Below are positions 47,765-60,185 of a stretch of 64,000 nt of DNA, one piece after another. Made by a program: the position numbers and the translations under genes. The DNA is from Chiloscyllium plagiosum (lineage: Eukaryota), in the NCBI RefSeq assembly GCF_004010195.1, contig NW_025215381.1, forward strand, positions 776,184-840,183. Direction: 5' to 3'. The notes beneath the pieces are model-generated. The model saw only the letters and a program-made list of their open reading frames with translations. It made no database searches and was not told where the DNA came from. Position 1 is the first letter of the stretch. Every line of letters starts with the position of its first letter.

Positions 47765-49897
47765 TTTATTTTAAACTGGTTTGCATTTAGTTATTCAGAG
47801 TAATGTTAGACCCTCTCCACCCCAGACGAACCCCCTCCCCAAACATCAAAAGCTGGAATTGGGTATTGAGCGATAAAAGTGATAGCTTACAACCAGCATG
47901 GGGTAGCCACTGCTGCCTTTAACGTGTGTGTCACTGAGTAGCCACTTAGTCTGGTTGGACCACGGAGGCTGGGGGGGGGGGGGGAAAAAGAGGGATGAAA
48001 TGTTTGACCTGCGCTGAAACAAAGTGGCACTGCCCTTTCAAAACTCAATATTTCTCTTATTAAAATTCAGACCATTCCCACTTCAATGAAGGAAATCCAG
48101 CCCCAAGCCTCAAAATTCCCCGATGGTATAAACGGTGAAGGCAAGAAATTCCACAAAACAGGGGTTAACAGATTTTACTTCAGCTGAACTACCCCCCACT
48201 GGCTATTCAACACCAGCCCGCCCTCTCCTAAAAGATAGACAGGACTGGCTACAGCATCAGGGTTCATACCTACATTCTGTAGTCCCACATTCCTCTCTGC
48301 AAAAGATCTCAGATCATTCTATGTATAACCAGCCACAACCTATAGGGAAATGAGGTAGCCTTGCAGGCGCTAGAATGGTTTGCAGTTGTCTTCATGCACA
48401 CACAAATTAAGCTATTCATTCACATAATGAGAATCCATACAGTAAACTACTCATTCACAAAAAGCAATTCACAGGCAAACATCAGCAAATTTCAAGGCAT
48501 AACAAAACGTGTATTTATTTCCTTTTAAAATGCAGTGGAATTAAGCCAAATAGGTTTACACAGTTTCCTCATTTCTTGCAAGGTTTATTTTGAACTTAAA
48601 ACAAGGATTCCCATTGAGAACAGAGCTGTTTATGGACAAAGCAATACAATTAAGACAAGGTTCATAGCACCATGTCTGGTGGTTCAGCCCCACTCATGCT
48701 ATCAGTGTCCCCCGCTACCCAGACTGATTCACACAATTCTGTTACAGCATACAGGATGGAGGATTTGTTGGGTGGGGGTAGCACAGGGGGTGCTAGTGGA
48801 AGGAGGAACATGAAAAGAGGCCAAACTTTCTCCTTCTACCAAAGGCTGGACAGAAGTGGGGCTGGGGCATTCGAGCACCACTTATTCATACCATGCAGTT
48901 CAACCCTGTGTCGGAGTCGAGCTATCAGTGACCTGCTCTGTAACAGGTCCTCCCCTCAGACTTCCCACGTTCGATCTGATAGCAGAGGCAGACAGGATGG
49001 AAAGGTATCCTTCAAAAGGCGGTTGGGAAAAAAAAGCTGGGGAGAAGAGAGCAAGAGACAGGGAGGGGGGCGGCTAAACGTTTGACCTGCGCTGAAACAA
49101 AGTGGCACTGCCCTTTCAAAACTCAAAATTTCTCTTATTAAAATTCAGACCTTTCCTAGTTCAATGAAGGAAATCCAGCCTCAACACTCCCTGATGGCAT
49201 AAACAGGTGAAGGCAAGACAATATTCCACAAAACAGGGGTTACACAGACTTTATTTCAGCTGAACTAAATACACACTGACTATTCACCCCCCCGCCCCCC
49301 AAAAAGACAGGGCTTGCTACAGCAGAGTTCACACCTATGTTCTGTATAGTCCCACATTCCTCTCTGTAAAACACAGCCGAGTGAACCAAGTGCAAGATCT
49401 GAGATCACTCTGCATAACCATGACTACAGTGGCCACACATACACACGAGTACAGAATGAAGATGACAGCTAAGAACTAAAAGCCAAAATGAAAATAATCA
49501 AAAGCTACCATCCTCATTGGTAATTAGGAAATGGTTCATGACCCTGGAAGGAGGGGTGGTGGGAGTAGCACAAAGGCGGGGGGCACCGTTCTATTCAATG
49601 CCTTCTGAGACAGAACACAATGATCTCACCAAGTCTCCCCAACAGCAGTGGGGTAAAAAGAGATCTGGGCTCCAAAGTAAAACCCATTTGCTTATGGTCA
49701 TACAGTGGGGTTTGTTTTATTGCCAGGGTTTTTGAAATAAAGTTAGTGTTCGCTTGCAAACTTTTTTTTGTTTTTTTTTTGGTTTTTGATTAAATTATAC
49801 TTTGTCATTTTCTCATTGAAATAAAAAGTCTCTCAATCCCAAAGCGCACTTTTAGCCTCTCAGGTCTGGGTATTTCTTTTAAACCAGAAGCTGTATC
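47765..49897 (-). other. EIF5A: EIF5A terminal 3'-UTR exon; 3' end uncertain
   Basis: Strong acceptor tctgtcttttgttttgttttcag|GATAC at 49897. No recognisable TE in this stretch. Minus-strand AATAAA at 49721-49716, 49255-49250, 48589-48584, 48519-48514 and 47770-47765. Confidence 0.7.
48002..49420. repeat. Diverged direct duplication, ~330 bp (48002-48331 and 49080-49420)
   Basis: First 72 nt align ungapped with one mismatch; the remainder aligns with indels. Confidence 0.9.
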
Positions 49898-50232
49898 CTG
49901 AAAACAAAACAAAAGACAGAGGTCAGTATGAAAGACAAAACAATCAGTAAAACAAATCACAATGTGTTGGAACTGGATAGTTTGTGGGCAGAAAGAGATG
50001 CTATTGCTGTATTTCTCTGGGGTCTTTCACAGCCCTAGGATATCCCAAGGCACTTTATAGCCAATGATGTGCTTTTTAAAAAATTCACACTCGAGATAAT
50101 GGTGTCACTGGTCATACCAGTGCTTTTGCCCCCTAAGTGCCCCTTGAACAGAATGGTGGTTTGCTCAAGACATTTCAGAGACAGTCAGAAGTCAACAATA
50201 TCGCTGTGGATCTGGAATTACAACTTAAAGTT

Positions 50233-50530
50233 TGGGACAGTATGGTGGCTCAGTGGTTAGCACTGCTGTCTCAGTGCCAGGGACCCTGGTTCAATTCCAC
50301 CCTCAGGTGACTAGCTGAGGTGGAGTTTGCACATTCTCCCCACATCTGCGTGGCCTTCAACTGGGTCACTCCCACAGTCCAATGCTACGCAAGTTAGGTC
50401 GATTGGCCATGCTAAATTGCCCAGGAATGTGCAGGCTAGGGAAATGCAGGGTCACAAGAACAGGGTAGAGAGGACTACCCTGAGAGTTGGTATGGACTCG
50501 ATGGGATGAATGGCTTACCTCCACACTGTA
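50233..50530 (+). mobile_element. Diverged HE1-like SINE in the EIF5A 3'-UTR intron
   Basis: tRNA-like head and core motifs. Confidence 0.8.
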
Positions 50531-51252
50531 AAGAGGTTATGAAAAGACAAGAGCGATCAGATGGGGTTTTACAACTATAGACAACGGCTACTTGGTTGCC
50601 CTTAGAATTCAATAAAAATATCCATTGAAAAGCTAATTCCACCACCTTTCGTGGTGGGATTCAAACACCTATCTCCCCAACGTTAGCACCACACTACCAC
50701 TGATGCAGAAAACATGGCAGCCAGTTGGTACACAGCAAACCCCACAAAATGGCCCAATCATTTGCTTCAAAGAATATAGGAGCAATAAGTGCTGGAGATA
50801 CTCAGCAGGTCTGCCAATGTGTGACTAGTGCATGTGAACATTTCCACTAATATGACTGGAGTTTCTCCAGTGCTTTTTATTTCAGATTTATAGCAGAAAT
50901 ATGTACGTCCAGGATACATATTGGCCTCAGGTCAAACAGAAGTCTGCCACCTCAGGCTATACAAAACAGTAGCTACGGGATCCTTTGCATCCAAGAACAG
51001 ACAGGGAAAAGTACAACCAGGATTCGGACTGACAACTCCCATCTTGCCTGCTGTTTCAACTTTAACCTATAAAATTCACCAGATCAAGACCCTGTTCAAA
51101 TGCGATGCTTCCCCCCCACCCCTCCCATGGACAGCCAGCTTGACATTGTGCTGATGGCGGGGAGAAGAAAGTGGAAGCATTAACAGCAAGGCCCTGGATC
51201 AAGTCACATTGGTGTGGTTAGACCACCCTCACAATACTAACCTATGTTGCAG

Positions 51253-51315
51253 TTACTTGCTCATGACCTTGGCAGCAATAGCAGACTCTTCATTCATGGC
51301 GCTGAGGACAGTGAT
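51253..51315 (-). CDS. EIF5A: eIF5A last coding exon (ITVLSAMNEESAIAAKVMSK*); exon continues to 51242
   Basis: Acceptor ttttgttccccccccag|; TAA at 51255-51253; donor TAG|gttagt 11 nt after the stop. C-terminus resembles eIF5A-1 (ITVLSAM...KAMAK) rather than eIF5A-2 (VSVMCAM...KPCK). Confidence 0.95.
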   Translation of the reverse strand: MTVLSAMNEESAIAAKVMSK

Positions 51316-53089
51316 CTGGGGGGGGAACAAAAAAAGTATAAGCAGAAGAACAATGTACATTGCCTGTTTAATAAAGTAAAATACCACAAGCTTTCTGGAC
51401 CATTCATATACCGCACCAGGTAGAAGCAGGAAGCTGTTCCATACCAGCCAGAGATTGCTATTTGATGCTGGGACAGAGCTTGAATTCTGACTGCCAAAGA
51501 ATGGGAGATAGCTCTTACAGAATCACACCAGGCAAGTGTTGAGAACAAGAGACTAGTCCACAAATTAGATCACATAGCCCCAGAGTCTGTTTCACCAATG
51601 GATAGGATCATAGCTTAACAGATTGTAGCCTCAAGTTCACATCCGCACCTCTGAACATCTATAGACTCCTTGTAAGTCAAGAATCTAACTCAGCCGTAAA
51701 AATAATTATAGATCAACACATCTTCACTCACCTCTTTGGGGGGGGGGGGGAAGCTGAAAGGAGATCTCAGGAGAATGAGATTGAAGACGCCAATTTAAGC
51801 CCCTATTTAAGAGTAATATATTGATTTAAAATACTAACATTTGAAAGAAGCATAGTCTGCTGTAGGGGCAAGGAACTGGGAGAAACAAGAATGGGCAGAT
51901 GAAGAGACAAGTTCACCCTGACAACTTCAAGAGGGAGTGATTCAGGGACAATGTGGTCCAGGGGGATATCTGCTCTTATTAATTTTCTGCCCCATTGGGT
52001 GCAAGTTAACATCTAATCCAAAAACTGACAGCACTATGCTCCCTCAGAACAAAGGAACGTCAGCCTGGATTCCTATGCTGGAGTTTTGAGTCGGTCTCAA
52101 ACCCACAATTAACGTGGAAAAAAGCATGCAGATCACTGATTCAATGGTTGGAATCTCTGGGAGAACTGTGGCAATAACAGGAGGAAGGATTCTTTTGGAT
52201 AGTAATTGAGTTGAATTTATCTGCATGTGTGCAGATGCACAGTGAAAAGCTTTGTCTTGCGAGCAATACAGACAGATCAGATATGTAAATAATAGGTTAA
52301 CAAAACCAAAAACAGATACAGGCGAATATTAATAGTTGAGAGTCCATTCAGTATTCTAACAACAGCAGGATAGAAACTGGTTTCGAAACCAGCTGGTGCA
52401 GGTGTTCAGGCTTCTGTACATTAATATTTATTTAGCAAAATTACCAATCTTTTCCCTAAAGACACCACCATTTTTCCAAGAACAGGCCATGCACACCATT
52501 TACTCTGCCACAAGTTATACAACGATGGATGGCACCAGTTGTCAAGATCAACTCCCTATTTCCTCATGACATAGCACAGACATAGGCCACTCATTGATGT
52601 TCACGTTGACAGTCCAGGTCAGGAATAACCTGACCTGCTACTGCTAAAGCAGAGGCTGCACCAACATGATTAGGACATGGCCATTCAGTACAATCATGAC
52701 TGATCTTGAGCTTCAACACCACTTTCCTGTCTGCACCCTCAATTCCCACATTTTCATCGTGGTACAGAATTCCAAAGACTGAAAGTGGTCAAGAAATTAC
52801 TCGTTTCAGTCCAGAACAGATTCCTAACCCCGAGCCCCTTGTTCTAGATTTCCCACTCAAGGGAACCTTGTCAATCCCGTTCCAAATGTTCCGCTTTCAT
52901 GCACTTCTCATTCTTCTAAACTCTGGAGAATAAACACCCTGCAGCATTGTAACAAGACATCCTTATTCTTTACGCCAACCCCTTCAACAAAGACATTCTA
53001 TTTGCCTTCCGAAACCCACATGCCAACTTTCGGCCTCCCTTTTACAAGTTTATCCAACTAGACATTTTTTGTTTCCTTTTTATGAAAGA

Positions 53090-53385
53090 CAGACAGTCAG
53101 ACAGAAATACACAGCATGGAAACAAACCCTTGAATCCAATTCATCGATGTCTACGAGAATATCCGAAATTAATCTTGCCCCATTTGCCAGCACTTGGCCC
53201 ATATCCCTCTAAAACCTTCCTATACATACACCCACCAAAATGCCTTTTAAATTCTGTAATTGTACCAGCCTCCACCACTTCCTCTAGAAGCTCTTCCATA
53301 CATGCACTACCCTCTGTGTAGAAGAGTTGCCTCTTAGGTTCCCTTCCATGCTGAATAATTCGTTTCCATGCTGTACATCTCTACA
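53090..53385 (-). mobile_element. CR1/HER1 LINE 3' fragment
   Basis: Reverse complement of the 1700-1870 type sequence. Confidence 0.8.
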
Positions 53386-53806
53386 ATGTAGGTATGAGAA
53401 AGTCTATAGCCTTAAAACTTGCCTTTAAACGTTTAGACTAAAATGTAATGTTGAATTATAGAACACATTTGCTGCACACTAGAAAATAGACAGGGGGCTC
53501 AGAAAAAAAAGGCAGGCAGGTATGCAGAAGAGAAAAACATCTATGCTCACCTAGTGATAACAGGATGCTCTAAGGCAATTAAGAATATTTGCCTTAACAT
53601 CAGTGAATCTGTAAACAGGACACCAAGTGATAACATTCACAGCTGCTCCCTTGTGAAATTAATAACTGTTTGATTCTGACCCCGAAACAAAACTCTGTAA
53701 TCGATGGTCAGATCCTGTCAACTATAATGGATTCTTATTAGCCCTTGCAAGCTGGACAGAGGAAAAAACATCTTTCCTGTTACAAGTCTTTAGTGGTCCA
53801 TGTAGG

Positions 53807-54040
53807 TGGGCGGCACGGTGGCACAGTGGTTAGCACTGCTGCCTCACAGCGCCTGAGACCCGGGTTCAATTCCCGCCTCAGGCGACTGACTGTGTGGAGT
53901 TTGCACGTNNNNNNNNNNNNNNNNNNNNNNNNNNNNNNNNNNNNNNNNNNNNNNNNNNNNNNNNNNNNNNNNNNNNNNNNNNNGGGTCGGTGTGGACTTG
54001 TTGGGCCGAAGGGCCTGTTTCCACACTGTAAGTAATCTAA
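53807..54040 (+). mobile_element. HE1-like SINE containing an N gap (53909-53983)
   Basis: Head and tail match the family. Confidence 0.9.
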
Positions 54041-55246
54041 AGTCCGACTTGAGTTCAAAAGGATACTTAAGAGACCCCATTGTAGTGCTGGGGCTGCCGA
54101 AGCCAGTAGAAAGTGAACTTAGTGCTTACCCGCTATGGATTGAACTTAATAGCATTTTTGAGACTTTATGATATGGAGTAGCATTACCTGTTAATATAAA
54201 CTCTAAAAAGGTAACACTGAGGAAGCTTTAACTTATTTGCTGTGCTTGCAGACCACTCTACAGCTCCACAGTCAATTCTAACTAATCAGATCTTATGTCT
54301 TATTTGAATTTGAATCACAACTCTGAAGGGAAAGGATGTTTAATTCAAAGATTAATGAATCAGTTTAAACGCAACCTTACAGTAACATCTCAGCCTCAGG
54401 TACAGATGATTCAGGGCTTAAGCAGCAGGAGTCTGCTCCTAGCTTTAAAAAAAGTTATTCTAAGCCTAACATTGAAGAGATTCTGGCACAACATGTCAGA
54501 AAGCCATTTTATGGTCAAAAGTCTGCCCTCTTTGCTAAGAAGCCATTTTGTAAAACAATTATCTGACATGTGAGCTGTGCAAGGTTACCTTATGAATTCT
54601 CCAATTACCCCAGACTGATACTTCTACGATAGGCACCTGCTGGTGAGAGAAACTAACTCGACTGGATAGGTTTTTCCCACCTGATGAATGGCTTAGGGCC
54701 TGTAGGAGTGATTAGTCAAATGTACCCAGGCCTGTCAATTAACTGCTCATGAATTATTGTCTTTCACTTATCTAAATAAGAACATGCAATGTTTTTACAA
54801 ACATTTTTGTATCTGTACACGGAGTAGCCTGCTGGGGCACCTGGAGTTGGTATCCTACTCTCCTAGATTATTGGAACCTAGTAACAGTGACGCTATTGGT
54901 AAATAAAGGGGATGACTAAAATTAAACTAAGAATTTTATTCCAGGCTTCCAAAGAGTACAATCTCTGGGATGAACTGAGAGGGGGCTTACAGGTCTGAGT
55001 CCACAAGGGATTCCCGGAGCTGTCTCAAATCTGTAACTTAACAGGTATATGATATGATTTTTGTTTGCAATTCCACACAAGAAATAGCAAATCTCCAGTT
55101 TGGAGACCGACCCACTACCACTGTGCCTTGCCTCCCCATAACTCCACCCTAAAGAAAGAAAAATTAAAATGGTACTGGAGAGAAGCAAGATACCAATACA
55201 GGGAGGGAAAACAGGACCAAAAGGATTGTCAAAAAAAAATATGCAC

Positions 55247-55378
55247 CAGTGTCTCTTCGCCAGCAGTGTAGCGTTGTTCAATGTCCTTGCCCAGCTCTGA
55301 ATCAGGAAGCTTCAGGTCATCACGCACATCACCAGAATCAGCCAAGAGAGACAGGTAGCCATCCAGAATGCCGATCAG
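55247..55378 (-). CDS. EIF5A: eIF5A coding exon 3 (LIGILDGYLSLLADSGDVRDDLKLPDSELGKDIEQRYTAGEETL, 132 nt)
   Basis: In frame within ORF 55229..55474; acceptor cctctgcag| and donor CTG|gtgcat; preceded by a 119-nt intron. Confidence 0.95.
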
Positions 55379-55497
55379 CTGCAGAGGAGTAGCACAGAGA
55401 AAACAGTTAGCATGACCCATTATTCCGTTCCCCCATCCACAAAGTGACAGAAACTCCAGCACCAAGTCCCCCACACAACAATCCCCAACATCTATAC

Positions 55498-55602
55498 CTG
55501 ATAGTCACATCTATTGATGTTGGGCACATCCATGTTATGGGTGGAAGGGCAGATGTCCTCATACTTCTTGCCAGTGAACAGATCAATGCCAACCAAGTGA
55601 AC
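55498..55602 (-). CDS. EIF5A: eIF5A coding exon 2 ([35 protein letters not shown], 105 nt)
   Basis: Manual translation; acceptor tctttag| and donor CAG|gtatag; phase 0. Confidence 0.96.
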
Positions 55603-55874
55603 CTAAAGACAGACAGATCTGGTAAGGAATCATGCAAAAGTGGCCGAGAATCACTTGCACACGCTATACAAATGCAAAAAGATGTGAGCAATGATGCAAT
55701 ATTTTTAATGGGTGAAGCCCACTGACATGGTAAATGGTCTTTGAAGAGGCGAGTTGGGGCTGGGTGAGATGAGGAACAAGAAAAAAAAAGGGACAAAAGG
55801 AAGATGGGGAAAGCAGAGAGAGAGCGCGCGAGCTGAGGGGGGGGGAGGAGGAAAAGTGCGAAGACAATTAGAAT

Positions 55875-56520
55875 GCAAACGTTCTGGTAGAACAGAAGGA
55901 CCTGGGGTTCAAGTACAATTTTTTGAAGTTTGCATCATATATATACACACAGGGAAGTTAAAAAAGGCATTTGGCACACTTGCCTTCATTGCTGAGTCCT
56001 TTGAGTATAGGAATTGGTCACGTTGAGGTTGTACAGAACATTGGTGAGGCCTCTTCTGGAGTTCTCACCCAATTATTGGAAGGATATTAAGCTGGAGAGA
56101 GTTGTGAAGAGATTTGCCAGGATGCTACTGGATATAGAAAGTTTGAGTTATAAATAAAGGTTGGATAGGCTGGGACCTTTTTCATTGGAGCGCAGGAAGT
56201 TGACAGGCAGCGTTACAGAAGTTTATAAAATGAGAGGTATGGATAGAGTTAATGGCAGTTGTCTTTACCTGAGAATGGGGGTTTTCAAGACAAGTGGGTA
56301 CATGTTTAAGGTGAGAGGAGACAGATTTAAAAAAGGCGGAGGGGCAATTTAAACAAAAACAGGGATTTCACATCTTGGATAAAATTCCTGAGGAAGCAGT
56401 GGAAGTGGTTACAATTACAATGCTTAAAAGACGTTTGAATAAACATTTGCAGGGACCTGAGCCAGGAGTAGGCAGGTGGGATTAGTTTAATTGGGGATTA
56501 TGTTTGGCAAAGACTGGTTA
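55875..56520 (+). mobile_element. CR1 LINE 3' fragment (intronic)
   Basis: KKAFGTLAFI; LGPFSLERRKL...EVYKMRGMDRVN. Confidence 0.85.
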
Positions 56521-56566
56521 ATTCCAATACATGGAGCACCTGAAGGTAACCACAATCCACAGTCCT

Positions 56567-56882
56567 GATTAGATTAGATTACTTAGTGTGGAAACAGGCC
56601 CTTCGGCCCAACAAGTCCACACTGACCCACCGAAGCGCAACCCACCCATTCTCCTACATTTACCCCTTTACCTAACACTACGGGCAATTTAGCCTGGCCA
56701 ATTCATCTGACCTGCACATCTTTGGACTGTGGGAGGAAACCGGAGCACCCAGAGGAAACCCATGCAGGCACGGGGAGAATGTGCAAACTCCACACTGTCA
56801 TTCAGTCGCCCGAGGCTGGAATTGAACCCGGGTCTCTGGCACTGTGAGGCAGCAGTGCTAACCACTGAGCCACTGTGCTGCC
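56567..56882 (-). mobile_element. HE1-like SINE
   Basis: Family match within the window. Confidence 0.9.
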
Positions 56883-57047
56883 CATTAACAGTCCTGAGGC
56901 AGGAATTCCAGAAAGTAGCCACTGCAATAGGGCAGAGGCAATCTAAACCAGTAATACAGCTGTTTTCTCTCTGCAGATCATTTCAAGAAACCTCACATTG
57001 TTAAAATTGAGCTGTTCCAAATTCGGTATTTTGATAATACAAAGAAA

Positions 57048-57330
57048 CTGGATTAATGGTGTTGGAAGAGCACAGCAGCTCAGGCAGCATCCAAGGAGCA
57101 GAGAAATCGATGTTTCGGGCAAAAGCCCTTCATCAGGAATAAAGGCAGAGAGCCTGAAGCGTGGTGAGATAAGCTAGAGGGGGGTGGGGGTGGGGAGAAA
57201 GTAGCATAAGAGCTTCAGGGCAGAGGAAATGACCTGGGAGTTGCAGTGGGAGAGGGACTCCCTGAGATTCTTCTTCCAGCACCACTAGTCCAGAATCTGG
57301 TTTCCAGCATCTGCAGTCATTGTTTTTACC
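57048..57330. mobile_element. PLE terminal fragments in inverted arrangement with a hammerhead core (minus, ~57107-57137)
   Basis: Minus strand CTGATGAagggcttttgcccGAAACATC; short inverted arm at ~57270-57295. Confidence 0.8.
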
Positions 57331-57442
57331 TAATATATAGAAACGTCCTAGTGACGGGGGTTGGGGGAGATGATAATTTTTTTTCAATAAGCTGTGATTC
57401 GCAACTCTGCCTCAAATAGAAGAACTTTTAAAAAAAAAAGGG

Positions 57443-57747
57443 GACAACACACTGGTTCTGGTTAGCACCACCAATCACCCGGTGTCAATTCCAGCCTCAG
57501 GCCACTGTCTGTGTGGAGTTTGCATATTCTCTCAGTGTCTGCGTGGGTTCCCTCTGGGAGCTCCGGTTTCCTCCCACAGTCCAAAGATGTGCAGGTCTGG
57601 TAGATTGGCCATGCTAAATTGTCCCATAGTGTTAGGTGTAAATATAGGGTTGGAGAATAGGTCTGGGTGGGTTACTCCTCGGACAGTTGGTGTGGACTTG
57701 TTGGGCTGAAGGGCCTGCTTCCATTCTGTAGGGAATATAATCTAATC
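57443..57747 (+). mobile_element. Diverged HE1-like SINE
   Basis: Core and tail match the family. Confidence 0.82.
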
Positions 57748-58596
57748 AAGTATTCCTCCAATATTTGTCAAGGTCTGCAGACTCATCAGGAGAAAAATGG
57801 CATAGGAGTGGGTATAAGGTTAATAGAATCCAGCACAGGTACAATAAGCCGAATGGCCTCTTTTTACACTAAGCCTCAGGCTGATCAGAGTTTTTGTATT
57901 GATCCAGTGGTCGATTATCTGCCACAGCATACAGCCTGCCTATAACTGACAGGTAGAACCTCACTCCAAGCAGATTAATCACAGGTTGTTACTGCACATC
58001 TGACGACAAGGAACTTTATCAGCACCTGACACAGCATTGTTCATCACCTGAACAGTCAGATTCACAGTTAATGCAGAGGGAGGGGTGATACAAAGTCACA
58101 CACTTCCTACAATGGTGCTAGCATCTATAAATCATTTCAGGGAATAGGTTTGAGTGTGAACCATAGGAATTTTAAACAGTCGACTGCAAATTCGTCAAGG
58201 TGGGAGGTTTTGAAGATCACCTTAAAAGGAGATGGAAGAGACAGAAGTTTTGAATGGGAATTCCCAAGCTCAAACTCTAGACAACTGAAGGGACAGTTGC
58301 CATTTGCAGAATGAGAATTGGGGGAGACTCAAAAGTACAAAAGCATACACAACTGAGGGTCTTCAGAAGCTGCAGAGATACAGTTCCATCTCACGTATAG
58401 GGATTGAAGAATATGAACTGTAATTATTTCATTAGAAACCAAGGCAGTAAATAATGAGCTCAGTGCTTTGGGGTGTGGGCTTCGGTTCAGTGTATATGTC
58501 ATGGTGCTCGTCAGAACACCTTGAGGAGGAGTTCCAATTTATAGAGCGAGGCCAGCAAAGCCATGTGAAGTTGCCACCACACCACTTCACTCTTAC

Positions 58597-58767
58597 CTTA
58601 GCATGGCCATGTTTCCCAGTCTTGGAAGTTGACATGTCCACAATCTTGCACGGACGTCCCTTCAGCACCACAAAGCCATTTTTGCGCAGAGCAGAGCATT
58701 GCATTGGATAGGTGGTGGAAGCCCCGGAGTGGCCAGTCTCAAAATCCACATCGGAAGGATCGGCCAT
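58597..58767 (-). CDS. EIF5A: eIF5A coding exon 1 ([17 protein letters not shown]...[12 protein letters not shown], 57 aa); exon begins at 58790 with 23 nt of 5' UTR
   Basis: Translation matches the eIF5A N-terminus including the [12 protein letters not shown] hypusine loop. Acceptor ttcctctctgcag| lies before 58790; donor AAG|gtaaga follows 58597. Confidence 0.97.
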
Positions 58768-59056
58768 CTTTGAGCGTTGGTTGAGTGGTGCTGCAGAGAG
58801 GAAGCAGAGCCAGTAAGCTTATATGGTCAGTTAGCCAGAAGTGTCCTATTTGCACGGTTCCTACATTCAAAAGCACAACCCATTCATATCACTGAAAAAG
58901 CTCATTTCATCAAGAAGCCTTAGCAGGAATGCTCATCCACACGATTGTCGAACTACTTTCTGGATTAGTGGTGCTAGAAAAGCACAGCAGTTCAGGTAGC
59001 ATCCGATTGATTGTCAAACTACTTCCCATGCATTCATACTTGATCCAGCAACAGGA

Positions 59057-60185
59057 TAGTTGAGGGCAGTGGTGAACATGATCTACATGGACTTCAGTAA
59101 AGCGTTCGACAAGATTCCTCATGGTAGACGGGTTAACAAGATTAGATCACACGGAATGCATGGAGAACTAGCCATTTGGATACAGTACTGGCTCAAAGGT
59201 AGAAGACAGAGGGGGGTGGTGGTGGAAGGATGCTCTTCAGACTGGAGGCCTGTGACCAGTGGAGTGCCACAAGGATCGGTGCTGGGTCTACTACTTCTCA
59301 TCATTAACATAAATGATTTCGATATGAACATGGGAAGTATAGTTGTAAGTTTGCAGGCAACACCAAAATCAGAGGTGTAGTGGACAGAGGGAGTTACCTT
59401 GGAGTATAATGGAATCTTGATGGAGTCTAATTTAGGTGCTGCATTTTGCAAAGACAAATCAGAGCAGGACTTGAACACTTAAACGGTAAGGTCCTGGGGA
59501 ATGTTGCTGAACAAAGACCTTGGAGTGCAGGCTCATAGCTCCTTGAAAGTGGAGTTGCAGGTAGATAGGATAGTGAAGGTGGTGTTTGATATGCTTTCTT
59601 TTATTGATCAGAGTATTGAGTGCCGGAGCTGGGAGGTCATGTTGCGGCTGTATAGGACATTGGTTAGGCTACTGTTGGAATATTGCGTGCAATTCTGGTC
59701 TCCTTCCTATCGGAAAGATGTTGTGAAACTTGAAAGGGCTCAGAAAAGACTTAAGGATGTTAGCTATAGGGAGAGGATGAATATGGTGGGGCTGTTTTCC
59801 TTGGAGTGGAGACTGAGTGGTGACCTTATACAGATTTATTAAATCATGACAGGTATGTGTGGGGTAAATAGACAAAGTCTCTGGGGTGTGGGAGTCCAGA
59901 ACTAGAGAGCTCAGATTTAGGGTGAGGGGGAAAGTTTAAAAGGGACCTAAGGGGCAACATTTTCAAGCAGGTGGTGGTGCATGCATGCGTCCATTGCGTA
60001 TGGAATGAGCTACCAGAGGAAGTGGAGGAGGCTGGTACAATTACAACTTCTGAAAGACATTTGGATGGGTATCGAGGGATATGGGCCAAATGTTAGCAAA
60101 TAGGACTAAATTAGGTTAGGATATCTGTTCGGCATGGGCGGGTTGGACCGAAGAGTCTGTTTCCGTGCTGTACAGGTCTATGACC
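59057..60185 (+). mobile_element. CR1/HER1 LINE 3' portion in EIF5A intron 1
   Basis: [14 protein letters not shown]...[10 protein letters not shown]...LLEYCVQFWSP. Confidence 0.93.

Noticed and set aside
48080..48190. C/D-box snoRNA within the duplicated block
   Set aside because: Only a poor C-box match (ATGAAGG), no terminal stem, and on the strand opposite EIF5A.
58432..58596. C-terminal half of the 111-aa ORF 58432..58767
   Set aside because: Intron read-through past the AAG|gtaaga donor; eIF5A homology resumes at 55602.
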